Assembly: GCA_964355085.1 (NCBI GenBank)
Contig: CAYHBW010000002.1
Span: forward strand, 6-64,005
Direction of reading: 5' to 3'
DNA from: an uncultured Candidatus Saccharibacteria bacterium
Lineage (GTDB): Bacteria > Patescibacteriota > Minisyncoccia > UBA6257 > 02-FULL-45-10c
Length of the DNA stretch: 64,000 nucleotides
The notes beneath the pieces were generated by a model that was given only the letters and a program-made list of their open reading frames with translations, was not told the DNA's origin and did no database searches. The number at the start of each line of letters is the position of its first letter. Within the stretch, counting starts at the first letter, position 1. Positions 8,854 through 16,439 of the stretch are shown here, piece after piece. The position numbers and the translations under genes were made by a program.

Positions 8854-10152
8854 ATGTCCAAATCAAAAATACAGGATTTCCAGTCGCCGAAGGGCATGCA
8901 TGATATTTTGCCGCAGGATCAGGCGTGGTGGGACAAGATCCGGAAAGAACTCCAGTATATTTCCGAATACTATCATTTCCGCAGGATAGAGCCGTCCTTG
9001 CTTGAGCGGGCGGAAGTTTTCGAAAAAACTCTGGGAGAGACTACGGATGTCGTCGAAAAGCAGATGTTCATATTCACGAGCCGGTCCGGAGATCGGCTGG
9101 CGCTTCGTCCGGAAGCCACCGCTTCAATTGTCCGTTCCTATCTCGAACACGGATTGAGCCATCTCGGCCAGCCGCTCAAGTTATTTTATATCGGTCCGAT
9201 GTTCCGGCGGGAACAGCCGCAGGCAGGAAGATTCCGCCAGTTCCATCAGGCGGGTTTTGAAATAATCGGAGGAGATGATGAGCCGGTATATGACGCGCAG
9301 ATAATCCTTTCGATGTTCCGTTTTCTCGAGCGGCTTAAGATCAAGAATCTGATCCTGAAATTGAACAGCATCGGTTGCCGTATCTGCCGGCCGAATTACC
9401 GCAAGAAGCTGATCGAGTATTATAAAAATCCGGCTTTCAAGCTTTGCCGGGACTGCAAGCGCCGTTTGCGCGAAAATCCGCTCCGTCTTCTGGATTGCAA
9501 GAACGAGTCCTGTCAGGAATACAAAGCCAATGCGCCGATTTCCTTGGATAGTCTTTGCGTTTATTGCAGCAAGCATCTGAAGCATACTCTGGAATTTCTT
9601 GATGAACTTGCAATCCCTTATCAGGTTGATCACCGCCTGGTCCGAGGTTTGGATTATTACAGCCGGACAGTTTTTGAATTTTTCACTGAAGCGACCGGAG
9701 ATGAAGGCCGGAAATTTGATTTCGCCCTCGGCGGCGGCGGACGTTACGATTATCTTCTGGAGGCATTCGGAGGCCGTCCGGCCGGAGCAGTCGGCGGGGC
9801 TTTCGGTCTGGAGCGTGTCATCGAGGTCATGAAAGCGCTGAAGGTGAATACTGGCGCCAGGCCGAAACCCGGGATATTCTTCATACATATCGGCGAAATG
9901 GCCAAGAAGAAAAGCCTGTCTCTGATCGAATCGATGCGCGAAGACGGAATTCCGGTCGTGGAATCTCTCGGGAAAGATTCCCTTGGAGCGCAGCTTCGGG
10001 CCGCCAATAAGGAAGGATCGGAATTCGCCCTGATTTTCGGACAGAAAGAGGCATTTGAGGATTCCATAATCATCCGGGATCTCAAGAACAGCGTCCAGGA
10101 AACTATTCCGCTCCGTAAACTCGTGCACGAAGTGAAGAAAAGACTCAAGTAG
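8854..10152 (+). CDS. hisS: Histidine--tRNA ligase (class II aaRS). The insertion domain is Cys-rich.
   Basis: Shows motif 1/2/3 and HisRS signatures such as RLALRPEATASIVR and FYIGPMFRREQPQAGRFRQFHQAGFE. The insertion region carries CRIC...CRDC...C...C...CVYC. Confidence 0.92.
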   Translation: MSKSKIQDFQSPKGMHDILPQDQAWWDKIRKELQYISEYYHFRRIEPSLLERAEVFEKTLGETTDVVEKQMFIFTSRSGDRLALRPEATASIVRSYLEHGLSHLGQPLKLFYIGPMFRREQPQAGRFRQFHQAGFEIIGGDDEPVYDAQIILSMFRFLERLKIKNLILKLNSIGCRICRPNYRKKLIEYYKNPAFKLCRDCKRRLRENPLRLLDCKNESCQEYKANAPISLDSLCVYCSKHLKHTLEFLDELAIPYQVDHRLVRGLDYYSRTVFEFFTEATGDEGRKFDFALGGGGRYDYLLEAFGGRPAGAVGGAFGLERVIEVMKALKVNTGARPKPGIFFIHIGEMAKKKSLSLIESMREDGIPVVESLGKDSLGAQLRAANKEGSEFALIFGQKEAFEDSIIIRDLKNSVQETIPLRKLVHEVKKRLK

Positions 10153-10580
10153 TTAATTAGTTGTTAGTTAGTTGGTTAATTAGAAATTATTGGTATATAC
10201 GCATGCCGGAAAGTTTTAGAAATCTGGATATTTGGAAAGATGCGAATTATTTAGCCATCGAATTATATAAGATTATCGGAGATTTTCCTGATTTTGAAAA
10301 ATTCTCATTAGCAAATCAAATTAATCGGGCGGCAGTATCGGTGCCTGCTAATATTGCTGAGAGTTGCGGAAGATACGGAATTAAGGATAAAATCCAACTA
10401 TTGATGGTTTCTCGCGGTTCACTGTACGAAATTCGCAGTCATTTATCGATAGCGCTAGGATTAAAATATATAGATATGGAAAAATTTCAAGATTTAGAAA
10501 ATAGATATGAAATTCTTGCCAAAAGACTCAATGCATTTATTAAGCATTTAAAATCTACCTAACCAATTAACTAATTAACT
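10151..10580. repeat. A 12-bp perfect inverted repeat. AGTTAATTAGTT at 10151-10162 pairs with AACTAATTAACT at 10569-10580, and the pair brackets the four-helix-bundle gene.
   Basis: Direct inspection: the downstream arm is the reverse complement of the upstream arm. A weaker second pairing, ttggttaatt / aaccaattaa, lies adjacent. Confidence 0.8.
10203..10562 (+). CDS. Four-helix-bundle protein of the TIGR02436 family (the family usually found in 23S rRNA intervening sequences).
   Basis: Translation MPESFRNLDIWKDANYLAIELYKIIGDFPDFEKFSLANQINRAAVSVPANIAESCGRY...SRGSLYEIRSHLSIA matches the family consensus. The ATG at 10203 is chosen as start; the ORF track begins at a TTG at 10161. Confidence 0.75.
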   Translation: MPESFRNLDIWKDANYLAIELYKIIGDFPDFEKFSLANQINRAAVSVPANIAESCGRYGIKDKIQLLMVSRGSLYEIRSHLSIALGLKYIDMEKFQDLENRYEILAKRLNAFIKHLKST

Positions 10581-10582
10581 CA

Positions 10583-10951
10583 ATGAACCAAGAGTGTATT
10601 TTCTGCAAAATAACCGCGAAAGAAATCCCGTCGGATATTCTTTTTGAAAATGGCCAGGTGATGGTTTTCAGGGATATCCGTCCGTCCGCGCCGTTACATT
10701 ATCTTGTCGTCCCAAAGGAGCATATCCAGTCCATTGCGCATTTGGAAGGAAATCATAAGGAAGTGCTGGCTTCCATCATCTATACGGCTAAAAATATGGC
10801 TGAAAAGCTCAATTTGAAGGGCTATAAGCTTGTATTCAATGTCGGGCGGGATGGAGGCCAGGTTATCGATCATCTGCACCTGCATTTGCTTGGCGGTTGG
10901 AATATGAAGAAAGACATCGGGGCCATGCCGAATCCCGCGCTGGACAAATAG
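10583..10951 (+). CDS. HIT-family (histidine triad) nucleotide hydrolase, HinT-like.
   Basis: Contains CIFCKI and the histidine triad DHLHLHLLGG. Confidence 0.88.
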   Translation: MNQECIFCKITAKEIPSDILFENGQVMVFRDIRPSAPLHYLVVPKEHIQSIAHLEGNHKEVLASIIYTAKNMAEKLNLKGYKLVFNVGRDGGQVIDHLHLHLLGGWNMKKDIGAMPNPALDK

Positions 10952-11039
10952 CGTCCGGTTTGTTAAGATAACCACCATGCAGCGTGCGTGTTTTGGAAAC
11001 TATTAACAACTAAAAGCTAACACCTAAAAACTACACATT

Positions 11040-11261
11040 ATGTTCGTAAAGAAAAAAGAAAATGAATCAACCGGATCATTCTTGTACCGGTTTTCTAAAA
11101 AAGTCCAGCAGAGCGGTATTTTGAAGGAAGCCCGCAAGCGCCGCTATCATCATCGGCCGAAGAGCCGTTTGAAGAGAAAAGAGGCGGCTATTTATCAGAT
11201 GGAAAAGCGCGCCGAAACCACCAAGGCCCATAAATTGGGTTTGGAAATTTCAAAAAAATAG
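11040..11261 (+). CDS. rpsU: 30S ribosomal protein S21 (bS21).
   Basis: A 73-aa basic protein with the S21 pattern: FVKKKENE...FSKKVQQSGILKEARKRRYHHRPKSRLKRKEA. Confidence 0.8.
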   Translation: MFVKKKENESTGSFLYRFSKKVQQSGILKEARKRRYHHRPKSRLKRKEAAIYQMEKRAETTKAHKLGLEISKK

Positions 11262-11327
11262 GCTCGTCGGCCTATTTTTGGTATATTAAATATGATTGGT
11301 TTGTCTGAATAATTAATTTTCAAAAGT

Positions 11328-11777
11328 ATGGCATTACAGGAACAGATAATTAGCGAAATAAAGGAAGCGATGAAGGCCGGCAATACGGAAAAGCTGGGCG
11401 TGCTCCGCATGCTCAATTCGGCGATGAAAAATAAAGCGATTGAAAAAGGGAAGGATGCCGCCCTCACTGATGAAGAGGCGATGCAGGTGATCGCCAAAGA
11501 AGCCAAGAAGAGGAAGGAATCAATTCTGGCTTTTGAGCAGGGCGGCCGTCCGGAACTTGCCGAAGGCGAGAAGAAAGAATTGGCCATGCTGGAAGCGTAT
11601 CTTCCAAAGCAGATGTCCCGCGAAGAAGCGGCGGCGGAAATCGGAAAGATCCTCGCCGGCCTTGCAGATAAGAGCAATGCCGGACTGGTGATGAAAGCGG
11701 TCATGCAGGAAATGAAGGGGAAAGCGGACGGTAAGATGGTCAGCGAACTGGTTAGATCCTATCTTGATAAAAATTAG
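11328..11777 (+). CDS. yqeY: GatB/YqeY domain protein.
   Basis: MALQEQIISEIKEAMKAGNTEKLGVLRMLNSAMKNKAIEKG...LAMLEAYLPKQ is the typical YqeY pattern. Confidence 0.85.
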   Translation: MALQEQIISEIKEAMKAGNTEKLGVLRMLNSAMKNKAIEKGKDAALTDEEAMQVIAKEAKKRKESILAFEQGGRPELAEGEKKELAMLEAYLPKQMSREEAAAEIGKILAGLADKSNAGLVMKAVMQEMKGKADGKMVSELVRSYLDKN

Positions 11778-11789
11778 GTTAAATAAAAA

Positions 11790-11812
11790 AACGGCCGAAA
11801 GGCTGTTTTTTT
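11790..11812 (+). terminator. Intrinsic terminator after yqeY.
   Basis: The stem acggcc/ggctgt encloses a GAAA tetraloop and is followed by TTTTTTT. Confidence 0.7.
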
Positions 11813-11868
11813 GACTAATTTTTCCAGTCATGATAATCTCTAATCAGTTTTTTCATACAGAGTTATGA

Positions 11869-12465
11869 ATGATTCTACTTGCGCTAAAGGCGGTTGCATA
11901 CCTCTTTTTAGGTTTATTGGCTGTTTCCTATATTCTGCATTGGGTATTCATCGCAATGAAGAAATGGACTGGTGACCTTAATATCGGCTTCATTGATCTG
12001 TTGCCGGCGATTCTGCTCGGGCCGATTATGATCTTGCTTATTTTCCTGTTAAAATTCCGAAATATGAATTTACGGGGACTCTATCGGTTGGCGACGAACC
12101 CTTTTTATGAAACGAAAACTGCTAAGGAGATTAATCGCCTGATTTATCTTCATTCCGGCGATAATAATGATCTTAGAGAAAAAGTTTTAGCAACAAAGAT
12201 AACCCTTAAGCAGTACGAAGATTTAGTCCGAGATTATGATTACCAGAATGAGGAGTGGCCGGTAGTTTCTGAGATTGCAGGAATCCTTAAGGACCGCGAA
12301 AGGGTGGGGATGAAGTGTACTAAGGAACACCCATTTCCGGGTACACGTAAGGAAAATGAGCATTGGACGCATGTTGATGTGGATTGGACCGATGATGATT
12401 CCGGCAGGTTTCTGAAGTGTCCGAATTGCGGAATTATAATCGACCTTGGTTCTGATGTTGTTTGA
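11869..12465 (+). CDS. Hypothetical membrane protein with a C-terminal zinc-ribbon-like motif.
   Basis: Two N-terminal TM helices are present. The C-terminus reads CTKEH...KCPNCG. No family was recognised. Confidence 0.5.
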   Translation: MILLALKAVAYLFLGLLAVSYILHWVFIAMKKWTGDLNIGFIDLLPAILLGPIMILLIFLLKFRNMNLRGLYRLATNPFYETKTAKEINRLIYLHSGDNNDLREKVLATKITLKQYEDLVRDYDYQNEEWPVVSEIAGILKDRERVGMKCTKEHPFPGTRKENEHWTHVDVDWTDDDSGRFLKCPNCGIIIDLGSDVV

Positions 12466-12510
12466 ATCAACGGCTCTCACGAGCCGTTTTTTGTTATAGT
12501 AAGACATATC

Positions 12511-13008
12511 ATGAAAAAACACATTATTAAAATATTTGAGGATGTGCGAGATATCCCATATCGGTTGAGATTCAGCGCGGATGATAATGATTTCAGTTGC
12601 GATGGCAAGCACAGGAGACTTGCAGAACTGCTTATTCCGCTTGGCTATGAAGTTCGTCCCAGAACCTGTCTGTATAAATGGGAATCAATGCCGATTCCGC
12701 AAAGTATTTTAAAACTTGATCCTGCAGAATTTTATTTGCACCGCTTTCTAGAGATTTTAATTGGAGATAGGTGGGTAAGGATTGATGTAACTTGGGATAG
12801 GGCGCTCGGAAGGATATTTCCGGTTAACGAATGGGATGGTAAATCGGATACTGCCATCGGCGTGCCTTATGTAGGAAATATTTTTTCTCCGGAGGATTCT
12901 GAATTTCCTGAATTTGATAAGGAAAAAGTGGATGCCAACCTTAAAAAACGGAAAATATTCCATGAAGCATTCAATTCTTGGCTGGATGAAATCAGGAAGC
13001 AAAAATGA
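12511..13008 (+). CDS. Transglutaminase-like (papain-fold) domain protein.
   Basis: FSCDGKHRRLAELLIPLGYEVR supplies the Cys box, and HRFLEILIGDRWVRIDVTWD supplies His and Asp. This is the arrangement typical of transglutaminase-like enzymes. Confidence 0.5.
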   Translation: MKKHIIKIFEDVRDIPYRLRFSADDNDFSCDGKHRRLAELLIPLGYEVRPRTCLYKWESMPIPQSILKLDPAEFYLHRFLEILIGDRWVRIDVTWDRALGRIFPVNEWDGKSDTAIGVPYVGNIFSPEDSEFPEFDKEKVDANLKKRKIFHEAFNSWLDEIRKQK

Positions 13009-13071
13009 AATTTAAAAAAATTCTCTTTTTTAGTGGTTTTTTCGCTCAATTTTTCCTGCTATAATTCCATT

Positions 13072-13482
13072 ATGGTAAAAGAAATCCGCATCGAAGTGTT
13101 GGGAAAATCCTTATATGCATATAAGCCGATTTTGGCTAAGCGCGGTAAGAAGCTCGCGGAAATTTTGAAGCTGAAAAAGCCGATCGATCTGTTTTTGATC
13201 GATTCGGAAACCATGCGGAAGCTGAACCGTAAGTATCGGAAGAAAAACAAGGCGACCAACGTGCTTTCTTTCGCTACCCCGTTGAATTTTCCATCCGACA
13301 GCTTGGGCGAGGTCTATCTGGACCCAAAATATATAGAAAAAAAGGATGAAAACCTCACTTATATGATGGTACATGGAGTTTTACACATCTTGGGCTATGA
13401 CCATGTACGCACGCGTGATAGAATAGTAATGGAGCGGAAAGAGGCCGCATTGATTTCCAAGATTTCCAGAACTGGCCGATAA
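13072..13482 (+). CDS. ybeY: rRNA maturation endoribonuclease YbeY.
   Basis: The metal-binding motif is HGVLHILGYDH. The ATG at 13072 is chosen as start; the ORF track starts at 13033. Confidence 0.85.
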   Translation: MVKEIRIEVLGKSLYAYKPILAKRGKKLAEILKLKKPIDLFLIDSETMRKLNRKYRKKNKATNVLSFATPLNFPSDSLGEVYLDPKYIEKKDENLTYMMVHGVLHILGYDHVRTRDRIVMERKEAALISKISRTGR

Positions 13483-13506
13483 CCGGCGAGTTCATTTTCT
13501 ATTTTA

Positions 13507-14742
13507 ATGGCGAATAATTTCATCACAGGTTTGGACATAGGATCGAGCAGTCTGAAGGCTGCGATTGCCGAAGTAAAAAAAGACGGCCAATTGTCATTGG
13601 TAAAGCTGATCAAAACCTCTTCCGAAGGGATGCGGAAGGGGAATATTGACGATCTTTCGGAGATGACGCGTTCGCTGAATATGATGTTCGGAGAAGTTAA
13701 AAAGGTTTCCAGGAACGCCCTTAAGAATATTTATGTGAATGTCGGGGGGGCGGATATCCATATCCAGTCTTCTCGGGGAATCGTGGCGGTTTCAAGGGCT
13801 GACAGCGAAATAAACCAGGATGATATAGACAGGGCGATGCAGGCCTCGCAGGCGATAAATCTCTTGCCGAACCGGATGGTTCTGCATTCGATCGTGCGCG
13901 AGTATATCGTTGACGGTGTAGGGGATATCCGCGATCCGCTTGGGATGATCGGGAACCGCCTGGAAGTGAACAGTCTTATAATCGATGCGTTCGGACTGGA
14001 TGTTAAAAATCTTACCAAGTGTCTCGAGATGGCCGGCGCGACTGTCGGCGGCCTTGTTTTCTCCCCATTGGCTGCCGCCAGGGCCGCTCTTTCAAAGAAT
14101 CATAAAGAGCTCGGAGTGGCTTTGGTGGATATCGGATTCGGCACGACCAGTCTCTGCGTTTATGAAGAAAATAAACTTGTGCATTGCGCTATTTTTCCGA
14201 TCGGTTCAGGGAACATCACCAATGATCTTGCGATAGGCCTGAAGACTTCCATCGATGCCGCCGAAGTGGTCAAGCTGACTTTCGGAACCGCCTCGATGAA
14301 AGGCGTTTCCGGCAGGGAGCAGATCGATCTCAAAAAAATCGATCCTCATTCCAGAAACAGCGTGTCCAGGAGGGCGGTCGTGGATATCATCGAAGTCCGT
14401 CTTGCTGAAATTTTTGAATTTGTTAATAATGAACTTAAGCTAATCGGGCGTTCCGGGAGGCTGCCTGTCGGATCAGTGTTGGTCGGCGGTGGATCGAAGC
14501 TGCCGGGTATCATTGATTTCGCAAAAGACGAACTGAAGCTTCCCGCCCAGATTGGAATTTTCGACGCTTCTTCGCTGGAAATTCCGAGCGGGGAAATGAG
14601 TCTTCAGGTCGAGGATCCTGAATTCATTTGCGCGTTAGGACTTCTTATGCAGGCCCGTGATAAGATTTATAGAGGCGGCGGGTCTGGGGGACCTGATCTG
14701 ACCGGATGGTTCTCGAAAATTTTCAAATATCTATTACCTTAA
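13507..14742 (+). CDS. ftsA: Cell division protein FtsA.
   Basis: Actin-like ATPase motifs are present (GLDIGSSSLKAAIAEV and VLVGGGSKLPGI). The gene is immediately upstream of ftsZ. Confidence 0.9.
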   Translation: MANNFITGLDIGSSSLKAAIAEVKKDGQLSLVKLIKTSSEGMRKGNIDDLSEMTRSLNMMFGEVKKVSRNALKNIYVNVGGADIHIQSSRGIVAVSRADSEINQDDIDRAMQASQAINLLPNRMVLHSIVREYIVDGVGDIRDPLGMIGNRLEVNSLIIDAFGLDVKNLTKCLEMAGATVGGLVFSPLAAARAALSKNHKELGVALVDIGFGTTSLCVYEENKLVHCAIFPIGSGNITNDLAIGLKTSIDAAEVVKLTFGTASMKGVSGREQIDLKKIDPHSRNSVSRRAVVDIIEVRLAEIFEFVNNELKLIGRSGRLPVGSVLVGGGSKLPGIIDFAKDELKLPAQIGIFDASSLEIPSGEMSLQVEDPEFICALGLLMQARDKIYRGGGSGGPDLTGWFSKIFKYLLP

Positions 14743-14746
14743 TCAA

Positions 14747-15916
14747 ATGAATAAAAATACGGAATTGAAGCATGAGATGGCTAAAATCAAGGTTGTCGGC
14801 GTCGGCGGAGGCGGCGGCAATGCGGTTTCGCGCATGCGCAAAGACCTTTTCAAGGGCGTTGATTTTGTGGCCATAAATACGGATACGCAGGATCTGGAGC
14901 TTTGCAGGGCGGATGTTAAAATTCATATCGGCAAAAATCTCACGAAGGGTCTCGGGACAGGAATGAATCCGGAACTCGGACGCCAGTCCGCCGAAGAAAC
15001 CCGTTCGGAAATTTTCGAGGCGTTGAAGGGCGCCGATCTGGTTTTCGTGACCGCCGGTCTCGGCGGGGGAACCGGCAGCGGCGCATCATCGGTTGTTGCG
15101 GAAGTAGCTAAAGAAATGGGCGCTTTGACTATTGCGGTTGTCACGAAACCTTTCACTTTTGAAGGAGCCCAGCGTTCCCGTATCGCGCAGGATGCCCTGG
15201 CGCGCCTTAAAGATAAGGTTGATACGATGATCGTGATTCCGAATGACCGGATTTTCTCGGTAATCGAGAAAGACACCACCCTCGTTAAAGCTTTTGAAAT
15301 AGTGGACGACATTTTAAAATACTCAATCCAGGGAATCGCAGAATTGATAGCCATGCCGGGAATCATCAATGTTGATTTCGCCGATGTGAAGGCGATCATG
15401 GAAAATGCCGGTTCGGCGCTTGTCGGCATCGGTTTGGGATCAGGACAGGATCGGGCTATGGCCGCGGTTACCCAGGCGGTCAATTCTCCGCTTTTGGAAG
15501 TTTCCATTGAAGGCGCCAAAGGCGTGCTTTTCGGAGTTTCCGGAACTAAGGATTTGAAGATGAGCGAGATAAATGAAATTGCGAAGACTATTTCTGATGC
15601 CGTTGATCCGACCGCGAAAATTATTTTCGGCGCTTATCACGATAAAAATATGAAGTCCGGCACTTTGAAGGTGACGATAGTCGCCACCGGTTTTTCCGGC
15701 ACGCCTAATTTTCAGAAGACCACCACCGCGTCATTATCCAGTTTATTCAACGCTCCGGCCGAGAAAAAGACCGATCACGGCGCAGTATTCGAACGGGAAG
15801 AGAAAGAACTTCAAAAAATAGAAAAGGACGAGGCGCGCCAGGCCCGTCAAAATCCGGAAAAGCCCAAGAAAGATATCTGGGATATCCCGGCATTCATGAG
15901 AAAAAAGAAGAAATAA
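14747..15916 (+). CDS. ftsZ: Cell division GTPase FtsZ.
   Basis: Carries the tubulin signature GGGTGSG, VVGVGGGGGNAV and a C-terminal DIPAFMRKKKK peptide. Confidence 0.95.
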   Translation: MNKNTELKHEMAKIKVVGVGGGGGNAVSRMRKDLFKGVDFVAINTDTQDLELCRADVKIHIGKNLTKGLGTGMNPELGRQSAEETRSEIFEALKGADLVFVTAGLGGGTGSGASSVVAEVAKEMGALTIAVVTKPFTFEGAQRSRIAQDALARLKDKVDTMIVIPNDRIFSVIEKDTTLVKAFEIVDDILKYSIQGIAELIAMPGIINVDFADVKAIMENAGSALVGIGLGSGQDRAMAAVTQAVNSPLLEVSIEGAKGVLFGVSGTKDLKMSEINEIAKTISDAVDPTAKIIFGAYHDKNMKSGTLKVTIVATGFSGTPNFQKTTTASLSSLFNAPAEKKTDHGAVFEREEKELQKIEKDEARQARQNPEKPKKDIWDIPAFMRKKKK

Positions 15917-15920
15917 ATTT

Positions 15921-16214
15921 ATGATTGAGAAATTGCCGAGAAATTTAAAATCAGGATCTGCCGATAGAGAGAAAAAATTTGAGGAAGCAGCGGGAATCGC
16001 CCGATATGCAGATTCTGTTTTGCCTGTTGGTTCAGATTATGAATTGTCCGAGGAGCACCGGCTGGAACTTAAAAAAACACTTGAAAACATCAGGAGTAAT
16101 CGACTTGATGCCGTAAGCAGATTCCCGGAATCCGTAGATGAAAAAAAGATTTCCGATAAGTTGGCGGTTAAATTGTCCGAATTCACCGTTGGTTCCGATA
16201 GGACGAATGGGTAA
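15921..16214 (+). CDS. Hypothetical 97-aa protein downstream of ftsZ.
   Basis: An ORF followed by a strong terminator. No recognisable domain. Confidence 0.4.
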   Translation: MIEKLPRNLKSGSADREKKFEEAAGIARYADSVLPVGSDYELSEEHRLELKKTLENIRSNRLDAVSRFPESVDEKKISDKLAVKLSEFTVGSDRTNG

Positions 16215-16239
16215 GTGGATGAATAATAGATAGAAGGAA

Positions 16240-16269
16240 TAATCCTCCGGACGGAGGATTATTTTTTTA
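16240..16269 (+). terminator. Intrinsic terminator.
   Basis: The hairpin aatcctccg-gac-cggaggatt is followed by ATTTTTTTAT. Confidence 0.8.
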
Positions 16270-16405
16270 TCCACCATTTTTTATTTTCCAGCTATTGATT
16301 TTTCAGTGCGGTGTCGTTCTCTTTATCCACAGTTTAATTTTGTCCCGCAGGCCTTTTTACTTAGAATGAAAGTAAATCAATCCCGATTTTATTCCGGGAT
16401 TCCGG

Positions 16406-16419
16406 TTCCGGCGCCGGAA
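16406..16419. promoter_or_regulatory. A 14-bp perfect palindrome, TTCCGGCGCCGGAA, 20 bp upstream of the ribonucleotide reductase start. It is a candidate operator.
   Basis: Seen directly. A second hairpin, aatcccg...cgggatt, lies at about 16378-16400. Confidence 0.3.
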
Positions 16420-16439
16420 AAAATAAAATTAAAAAAAAT

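Noticed and set aside
9181-10128. A 315-aa minus-strand ORF antisense to hisS. Similar long antisense ORFs occur in ftsZ (14923..15519), nrdJ (17922..18716), copA (43355..44098), gpmI (58775..59515) and eno (61001..61615).
   Set aside because: Each is nested in a gene with unambiguous conserved-motif support on the opposite strand. No domain signatures are present. These are typical shadow ORFs.
16270-16439. Cobalamin riboswitch or NrdR box upstream of class II RNR.
   Set aside because: I could not recognise the B12 box core or AT-rich NrdR palindromes by eye. Only a GC palindrome is present, reported separately. A CM scan is needed.
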